IMG/VR virus record: IMGVR_UViG_3300036805_000110
Location: 1 to 49,219 of that record
Length of the DNA: 49,219 nt
DNA from: a virus
Lineage: Duplodnaviria > Caudoviricetes
Reading direction: 5' to 3' (one strand)
Shown: positions 44,280 to 49,219 of the stretch, one piece after another
How positions within the stretch are numbered: the first letter of the stretch is position 1
Layout: every line of letters begins with the position of its first letter
Position numbers and translations under genes: made by a program
Notes under the pieces: generated by a model
Databases searched by the model: none
Told to the model about the DNA's origin: nothing
Seen by the model: only the letters and a program-made list of their open reading frames with translations

Positions 44280-44473
44280 CCACGCCGAGCAAGTCAGCGT
44301 TCGAGTACTACCGGGAGGCCCAACGGCTTTACGCGGTGGCCGAGGAGATGGGGCCGGGTGCGGACCGCACTGATTCCCTCCTGGCCGCGACGGCGCAGGC
44401 AGCGTTGGCCACCGCGACGATGGCGATTTACGGGGACTGCCAGCGGGCTAAGTTCCCACTGAACACACGATGA
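44276..44473 (+). CDS. Hypothetical protein
   Basis: GTGA overlap. Confidence 0.55.
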   Translation: MTTPSKSAFEYYREAQRLYAVAEEMGPGADRTDSLLAATAQAALATATMAIYGDCQRAKFPLNTR

Positions 44474-44489
44474 TCAACGACACGGAGGA

Positions 44490-44678
44490 GTGACCATGGA
44501 ATGGCGACGTAGGCGCCGGCACAGCAAGGGCCCGGTGTACTGGAACACCAGCTGGGGTTGGCCAACATCGTGGGGACTCCGCGAGGGCCGGTCAACGTAC
44601 AACGTGACCAGGCATCGGCTGACTGAGCGGTTGCCGTTCCGTTTGGGGTCGCTGATTTTCGGTGGCCGGAGGAGGTAG
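44490..44678 (+). CDS. Small basic Trp/Arg-rich protein
   Basis: GACACGGAGG at 44479-44488. Confidence 0.6.
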   Translation: MTMEWRRRRRHSKGPVYWNTSWGWPTSWGLREGRSTYNVTRHRLTERLPFRLGSLIFGGRRR

Positions 44679-44701
44679 CGTGGCGTTATCCCCCTTGCGG
44701 G

Positions 44702-44742
44702 CAGGAACCCCGGACCACGTGCTCAACGGTCCGGGGTTCCTG
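44702..44742. terminator. 15-bp hairpin between convergent units
   Basis: CAGGAACCCCGGACC / GGTCCGGGGTTCCTG. Confidence 0.7.
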
Positions 44743-44752
44743 TCGTCGTAGG

Positions 44753-44929
44753 TCAGAAGTCGCCGTCGACTCCGACCGGCCAATCCTGTGCAGGTGCGGT
44801 AGCGGTGGGTGGGTTGGGGCAGAACCCCGGTGTGTCACCACACGCCAACGCCGGTGCCACCAGGCTCGTTGCTCCACCAGCCACCAGCAACGCGGCCACC
44901 GCTGCACCTGTCGCGATTACTCTGTTCAT
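44753..44929 (-). CDS. Small secreted peptide
   Basis: MNRVIATGAAVAALLVAGG...APALA signal peptide and GGAGG RBS. Confidence 0.6.
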   Translation of the reverse strand: MNRVIATGAAVAALLVAGGATSLVAPALACGDTPGFCPNPPTATAPAQDWPVGVDGDF

Positions 44930-44975
44930 GATTCCTCCACCGATTCGAGGGCCCCTGACGGGCCTACAACCGGTG

Positions 44976-45002
44976 TATCGCTTCAACCACCGGTGGTGTT
45001 AC
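44976..45002 (-). promoter_or_regulatory. GTAAC-N17-CGATA motif, copy 7
   Basis: + strand ATCG 44977-44980 and GTTAC 44998-45002. Confidence 0.7.
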
Positions 45003-45010
45003 GGCCGGTG

Positions 45011-45295
45011 TCAGCGCCGGTACCAGCGCCCGTCACGGTCATTGTGACGCCAGTGCTCCCACCGGTTGTGCTGCCGATCCCAACGCCACTGGTCATGCCC
45101 CTGGCATGGGCGTGCCCACTGGTTGCGCTGGTTATCGCAGAAGTCACCCCGGACTGGCTGGGCGACGCTGACGGCCCCTGCCTGCGGGGTCAGGGTGTCC
45201 GCTGACGCGGAACCAACACCGAGCAGGGTGAGAGCCCCCGCTGCTGTGAGCACTCCAGCACCAAGCCGCGCTGCTGTGCGTGAACGTGCGATCAC
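45011..45295 (-). CDS. Small secreted protein with Trp/Arg/His-rich C-terminus
   Basis: Signal peptide ending ASA and AGGAGG RBS. Confidence 0.65.
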   Translation of the reverse strand: MIARSRTAARLGAGVLTAAGALTLLGVGSASADTLTPQAGAVSVAQPVRGDFCDNQRNQWARPCQGHDQWRWDRQHNRWEHWRHNDRDGRWYRR

Positions 45296-45403
45296 TAGTC
45301 GAACCTCCTGTATTCGTGTCCAGTTGACACCCTCATGGACGTTCGATTCTTACCGCGCGTTGTTCAAAGGCCCCTGGGTGTTACCTGTGAGGACGCTATC
45401 GGT

Positions 45404-46096
45404 CTAGCCAACGGCCCGTGAGACTGTGATCCGGGCACCGGGGTGATCGGGTCCGTCACCGAACCCGGCGTAGTCCTTCACGCCGCGCGCGTCGAGGACC
45501 TGGCCGTCATCGAAATACAGTGCCGCGTCCTTCATCGCATCCAGGACAGCACGGATCAGCTTGTCGACGTCCGGCCTACTCACTGGATACGTCCGGCGCT
45601 TCTTCGGTGCGCTGATCGGTCGCTTCATCGAGAAGAACACGACAACCACCAGCCCCGACCCGCGAGGGAACCGCCCGGCGTACTGCTCGGCGGCGCTCTT
45701 GACCTCCGACCGCCACGCTTTGAGCGGCCCTTCCATGTGCTTATTGTCGATCACCGTGGCGCGGCCAGTGAACTCCCTGCTGTCACCGCGCCCCCGGTAG
45801 ATCGGCATGGCGCGTTTGGAGCCTTGCGGGACTGGTGAGCCCAAGACGTCGAACGTGATCGGGTCATGCGTCGGGAACACCGCTGCGGTTGTGGGTGTTG
45901 GCTTGTGCTTGACCAACTGGCGGATCACGGCTTCCCGCTCCGAGAGCTCGTTGAGCTCCGCTTGGACCAGCGGACACGACCAGTCGTGGCGTTCGATTCC
46001 TTCCCACCAGGTGGAGACACAGCAACTGGGGTCCAACGCGACCGGTGTCAGTGTTGGATCGTCAGCGAATAGGTCCAACGTGGGTTGGATGGTCAC
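45404..46096 (-). CDS. rusA: RusA-family Holliday junction resolvase with N-terminal extension
   Basis: GSPVPQGSKR...RPDVDKLIRAVLDAM...DDGQV. GTG 46096 is GTGA-coupled. Confidence 0.85.
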   Translation of the reverse strand: MTIQPTLDLFADDPTLTPVALDPSCCVSTWWEGIERHDWSCPLVQAELNELSEREAVIRQLVKHKPTPTTAAVFPTHDPITFDVLGSPVPQGSKRAMPIYRGRGDSREFTGRATVIDNKHMEGPLKAWRSEVKSAAEQYAGRFPRGSGLVVVVFFSMKRPISAPKKRRTYPVSRPDVDKLIRAVLDAMKDAALYFDDGQVLDARGVKDYAGFGDGPDHPGARITVSRAVG

Positions 46097-46296
46097 GGTG
46101 TCCCGCCTATCTCCCCGGCCAGTTCGGCGGCTGCGCTGTTCAGTGCGTCGGACACGCCGTTCCGGTAGCTTTCGCTGCCCATCGTTTGGTTGCTGGCGCG
46201 GTTGAGCCACCGCAGGCACAGTGCTTTGATCCGGTCGTGCAGTTCTGTGGCTTCCCGTGCGGTGGGGATTGGGAGTTGTCCCGTCATTCCGTCCAC
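46093..46296 (-). CDS. Hypothetical protein
   Basis: Operon continuity and AGGAGG RBS. Confidence 0.55.
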   Translation of the reverse strand: MDGMTGQLPIPTAREATELHDRIKALCLRWLNRASNQTMGSESYRNGVSDALNSAAAELAGEIGGTP

Positions 46297-46799
46297 CTCC
46301 TGGACCCGATCTTGACGGCATGTTCACAGCAAACGCAACCACGCTGCGGTATGTCGTGGAGGCAGCAGTTGTCCATTTGGTCGCAGCAGGTGATTCCGGG
46401 GCGGTTCTGGAATGGGTGTTGAATCCAGGTGGCGCCGTCACCGGTGCGGTGTGGTGGTGCGTGTCGGGCGTCGACAACGCACCGCAGCACCGGCGGCTCC
46501 TCATCACCGACCTTGAGTCCTTGCATGGTTTCCTGGCATAGGCCACCGCCGGGCACGCCGAGCGCGGTCAGCAAAGCACCAGCCCGGTTGAGGAAATAGA
46601 TCTGCCGGCGCCCGTCTAGGTGCCCCCACACCATGGAGTCGGTGTAGGCCATGGCTTCGGCCATCGCCTCCAGCGTCGGATACACGCGGGATGGCCGGTC
46701 GACTGCTGGTTCGGTGTCGGCTGGCGCTCTAGAGGTGCCCATACGCACCGACTGGATCACCACATCGATACCGACCGTGATGTTCTTGGGCTCAGCCAC
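46284..46799 (-). CDS. Hypothetical Cys/His-rich protein
   Basis: GTG 46799 after GGAGG and a Cys-rich C-terminus. Confidence 0.55.
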   Translation of the reverse strand: MAEPKNITVGIDVVIQSVRMGTSRAPADTEPAVDRPSRVYPTLEAMAEAMAYTDSMVWGHLDGRRQIYFLNRAGALLTALGVPGGGLCQETMQGLKVGDEEPPVLRCVVDARHAPPHRTGDGATWIQHPFQNRPGITCCDQMDNCCLHDIPQRGCVCCEHAVKIGSRRWTE

Positions 46800-47310
46800 C
46801 GTTGGCCTCCAATAGCGTCGCGTCATAAACCGGCGGTACATCGGCCATCAGCTCAGCCCAATCGAACTTCCCGCGCAGCGCCTGGGTGACTGTCACATAA
46901 CCACCGGACGTGTCGAGTCGTAACAAACGGCCGTCAAATATCAGTGCGTACTTCGGCACTGCCTTGACCCGGCGAACGAACTCCTCACCCAGCTCAGTGA
47001 TCTGCCACCACCCGGCGCGGCCACCGTCCGGCCGCCGGATCGGTTCCTCCTCGATCAGGCCCCAGTACCGCAGCTTGGCGTGGTCACCGGCGATGTGGTT
47101 CAGGACCGTGGGCATGTGGAAGGGCTCCCTGCCGACCTTGCGGTACGCCCGGATCAGGCCGTGGGTCATCGCGGAGTTCAGTGGCCTCCGGTAGACCCTG
47201 GTCAGTTGGGTGCAGCACGGGCAGGTCGCGCCACCGTCTTGGGCTGCTTGGGTCAGCCAGTCCCTGACCTCCCCGAGGAGCGCGTAGTCGGAGAATTTGC
47301 GTTCACTCAC
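46792..47310 (-). CDS. Hypothetical phage protein (CPCC plus winged-helix-like)
   Basis: CPCCTQ...KLRYWGLIE...WQITELGEEFV. Confidence 0.7.
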   Translation of the reverse strand: MSERKFSDYALLGEVRDWLTQAAQDGGATCPCCTQLTRVYRRPLNSAMTHGLIRAYRKVGREPFHMPTVLNHIAGDHAKLRYWGLIEEEPIRRPDGGRAGWWQITELGEEFVRRVKAVPKYALIFDGRLLRLDTSGGYVTVTQALRGKFDWAELMADVPPVYDATLLEANGG

Positions 47311-47680
47311 CGTGGGCTCCCAGGACCTCGCGTAGGTCCTCAGCGGCTTGCTCCAGCGTGACCATCTCGGCCGGTGCGGTCCTGGTTTCGGGGCCGATGA
47401 CCCGGTTGAGCCACCGGGACCGCAGCGCCCACAGGTTGTCTAGCAGCGCCTGGTATTGGGCGACGATTTGAGCCAGCGTCGGCCACGGGTCGTCGTCGGT
47501 GTCCTGGGCGGTAGGGGGTTCCTGGCCTTTGAGCCACGCTTCCATGACCAGGTCGTCCAGTCGGGTGCAGTCAGCGGTGTGGATGTTCACTGGTGCTCCG
47601 ACACCGGGCAGCATCCCGATCCGCATCTGGCAGCACGGGATGTCGTCTGCCGGCGGCCCGTGCTTATCCACGGTGGACAC
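47303..47680 (-). CDS. Hypothetical protein
   Basis: AGGAGG RBS and operon overlap. Confidence 0.6.
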   Translation of the reverse strand: MSTVDKHGPPADDIPCCQMRIGMLPGVGAPVNIHTADCTRLDDLVMEAWLKGQEPPTAQDTDDDPWPTLAQIVAQYQALLDNLWALRSRWLNRVIGPETRTAPAEMVTLEQAAEDLREVLGAHGE

Positions 47681-47879
47681 CTCCTGGGTGGGTGGAGATG
47701 AAATCCACCAGCTCGCGCGGTAGCTGCGTCGGGGTTTGGGCCTCCATCAGCCGCACGACCGCGATCAGGGCCTGTTCGGTGGCCTGGAGGCGTCGCAGCA
47801 GCCCCAGACAGAACAACACCAGGCCGATGGCCAGCGCGGCAGCGGCGATGCTCGCGAGGAACAACAGGACCTCAGTCAC
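47664..47879 (-). CDS. Small membrane protein
   Basis: N-terminal TM and GGAGG RBS. Confidence 0.6.
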   Translation of the reverse strand: MTEVLLFLASIAAAALAIGLVLFCLGLLRRLQATEQALIAVVRLMEAQTPTQLPRELVDFISTHPGGVHRG

Positions 47880-48216
47880 GGTGGCGTGCCTCCACCATGC
47901 GCTGGATGACCCGGCTGCCCTCGACGATGTCCCCAGCGGTCGGCATGGTCAGTGGATCAATACCGGTCAGCACCGCTGACGCCAACCGTTTGGCGTCGTG
48001 CTCGGACCCCACGATCAGGACAACCGCTTGTGACGGTGCTGTCTCGCACGCGGCTGACACGATCATCTCCGCGCGGTCTTGCATCTCCGCTGGTGTCCGT
48101 TCCTCGCCGAGGCCGTGGGCGTGCATGGCCAGCAGCAGTGCTCTGGTCACCTCATCGCGCACCGTGTCTAGCTGGGCCTTCTGGGCCACCGTTGGGCTGG
48201 TGTTGTTCGTCGTCAT
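47872..48216 (-). CDS. Hypothetical protein
   Basis: GACACGGAGG at 48224-48233. Confidence 0.65.
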   Translation of the reverse strand: MTTNNTSPTVAQKAQLDTVRDEVTRALLLAMHAHGLGEERTPAEMQDRAEMIVSAACETAPSQAVVLIVGSEHDAKRLASAVLTGIDPLTMPTAGDIVEGSRVIQRMVEARHRD

Positions 48217-48421
48217 CGTTTTTCCTCCGTGTCTTGTCTCGGTCCATGCCGTCTTTGATCCAGTCCCGGATCGCGTCCGCGCGGGTCATACCCCTGGCGA
48301 TCGCCGCTTGGGTGACAGCGTCGAAGAACCCTGGGGTGACTCTGGCCACCAGCAGTGAGGTGCGTTTCGGCTGTCCGGGATCACGGCCGACCAGCGGTTC
48401 TAGATCATTCTCATCAGCCAT
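48152..48421 (-). CDS. Putative ribbon-helix-helix DNA-binding protein
   Basis: LLVARVT...DAVTQAAIARGMTRADAIRDWI pattern. Confidence 0.55.
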   Translation of the reverse strand: MADENDLEPLVGRDPGQPKRTSLLVARVTPGFFDAVTQAAIARGMTRADAIRDWIKDGMDRDKTRRKNDDDEQHQPNGGPEGPARHGAR

Positions 48422-48453
48422 GCCCGGACCGTATCACCCGTGTGTAACTTACG

Positions 48454-48678
48454 TTATACGGGTTCGGGTTCCACCAACACCTTGATCATGCGCGGGCCGA
48501 CACCACGATGGATCGCACCGTCGCCCTCCAAGCTCTGCAACTGGTTGACCACCGAGCTGGTCGACACCAACCCCACCTCGGCACCGATCTCCCGCACCGA
48601 GGGAGGGAACCCCTTGCTGTCCCGGTAGGCGACGATGAACCGCAAGATCCGGGTCTTCATCGGTTCCTTGGCGGTCAT
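48454..48678 (-). CDS. LexA DNA-binding-domain-only protein
   Basis: ILRFI...GFPPSVREIGAEVGLVSTSSVVNQLQSLE..GAIHR. No peptidase domain. Confidence 0.85.
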   Translation of the reverse strand: MTAKEPMKTRILRFIVAYRDSKGFPPSVREIGAEVGLVSTSSVVNQLQSLEGDGAIHRGVGPRMIKVLVEPEPV

Positions 48679-49208
48679 GCCACCGCCAACGCGGCCAGCA
48701 GGTTCAGGGTGTCCCCCAGCACCGTGACGTCACGACCGTCACCGCAGCTGGTCGACACCCCCAGACGACGCCTCAGCGTGTTCTCAGCGATGTGCAGCGA
48801 CCCCTTGAGGTAGCTCAGTGGGTGACCGACCCGCGCCAGCCCAGCGGACAGGTGCACGCTGGCTGGCAGCGCCATCTCCGTGCCAGGGAACCAGAACGAT
48901 TCCTTCGCCGGGGGCGGTGTCTTGGAGTCCCCGACCGGCCAGTGGACCGCGTCAAGGACCTGGCCCTCCGGCCAGTACCGGATCAGCGCGTCGGTGGACA
49001 CCGCCAGCGGGGAGCAGTCGCGGGGGGAGATCAACGCTTCCCCGTTCTTGTTCCCGTAGCACAGGTGGATGATCCACACCGTGCCGGCGGGTGCCATGGC
49101 GATGAACTCGCAGACCTGACGGAACAACCAGTCAGCGGCCTTGTCCCGCGCCCGGCCTTTCAACCGCGCGACCGCGTACGTCTCCGCCGGTAGCTCCAGG
49201 TGGATCAC
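48675..49208 (-). CDS. Hypothetical protein
   Basis: ATGA overlap with the LexA-like gene. The true start may lie near or beyond the window edge. Confidence 0.55.
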   Translation of the reverse strand: MIHLELPAETYAVARLKGRARDKAADWLFRQVCEFIAMAPAGTVWIIHLCYGNKNGEALISPRDCSPLAVSTDALIRYWPEGQVLDAVHWPVGDSKTPPPAKESFWFPGTEMALPASVHLSAGLARVGHPLSYLKGSLHIAENTLRRRLGVSTSCGDGRDVTVLGDTLNLLAALAVA

Positions 49209-49219
49209 CGGGACGGTCC

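Noticed and set aside
45404-46546. 380-aa RusA as given in the ORF track
   Set aside because: The N-terminal 150 codons overlap two better-supported genes. The coupled GTG at 46096 is the more plausible start.
1-49219. Integrase, att sites, terminase, portal and capsid genes
   Set aside because: None recognised in the window, so prophage versus free phage or phage-plasmid status cannot be decided here.

Overview
High-GC window from an actinobacterial tailed (siphovirus-like) phage or prophage. No terminase, portal, capsid or integrase gene is inside the window. Left part (+ strand, about 1.3-24.6 kb): tail module (tail tube, tail chaperone with a -1 frameshift, tape measure, a ~21-aa repeat protein, a large tail-tip protein, three paralogous tip proteins), then a lysis cassette (DUF1906 glycoside hydrolase, papain-like peptidase, r1t-type holin). 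A class V PLP enzyme (cysteine desulfurase-like, missing from the ORF track because it runs off the left edge) and a very basic NUMOD3-like repeat protein lie at the extreme left. The standout locus is 24.6-26.8 kb (- strand): a Ro60/TROVE gene preceded by a tandem array of three Y-RNA-like ncRNAs that share conserved terminal blocks. One is a clean circularly permuted tRNA mimic (YrlA architecture), one is a divergent mimic and one is a minimal form with no tRNA domain. The right arm holds WhiB, a stand-alone ECF sigma region-2 protein, Nudix, an FtsK/TraB plus Spd-like module, an XRE/DUF397 pair, RapZ-C, RusA and a LexA DNA-binding-domain-only protein. Three dispersed regulatory motifs were found by eye: GTAAC-N17-CGATA (7 copies), TTGACA-NN-GACC-N7-GGGTAGG (3 copies) and a start-associated GACACGGAG(G/A) (12 copies). 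All family calls come from manual motif recognition, not database searches.
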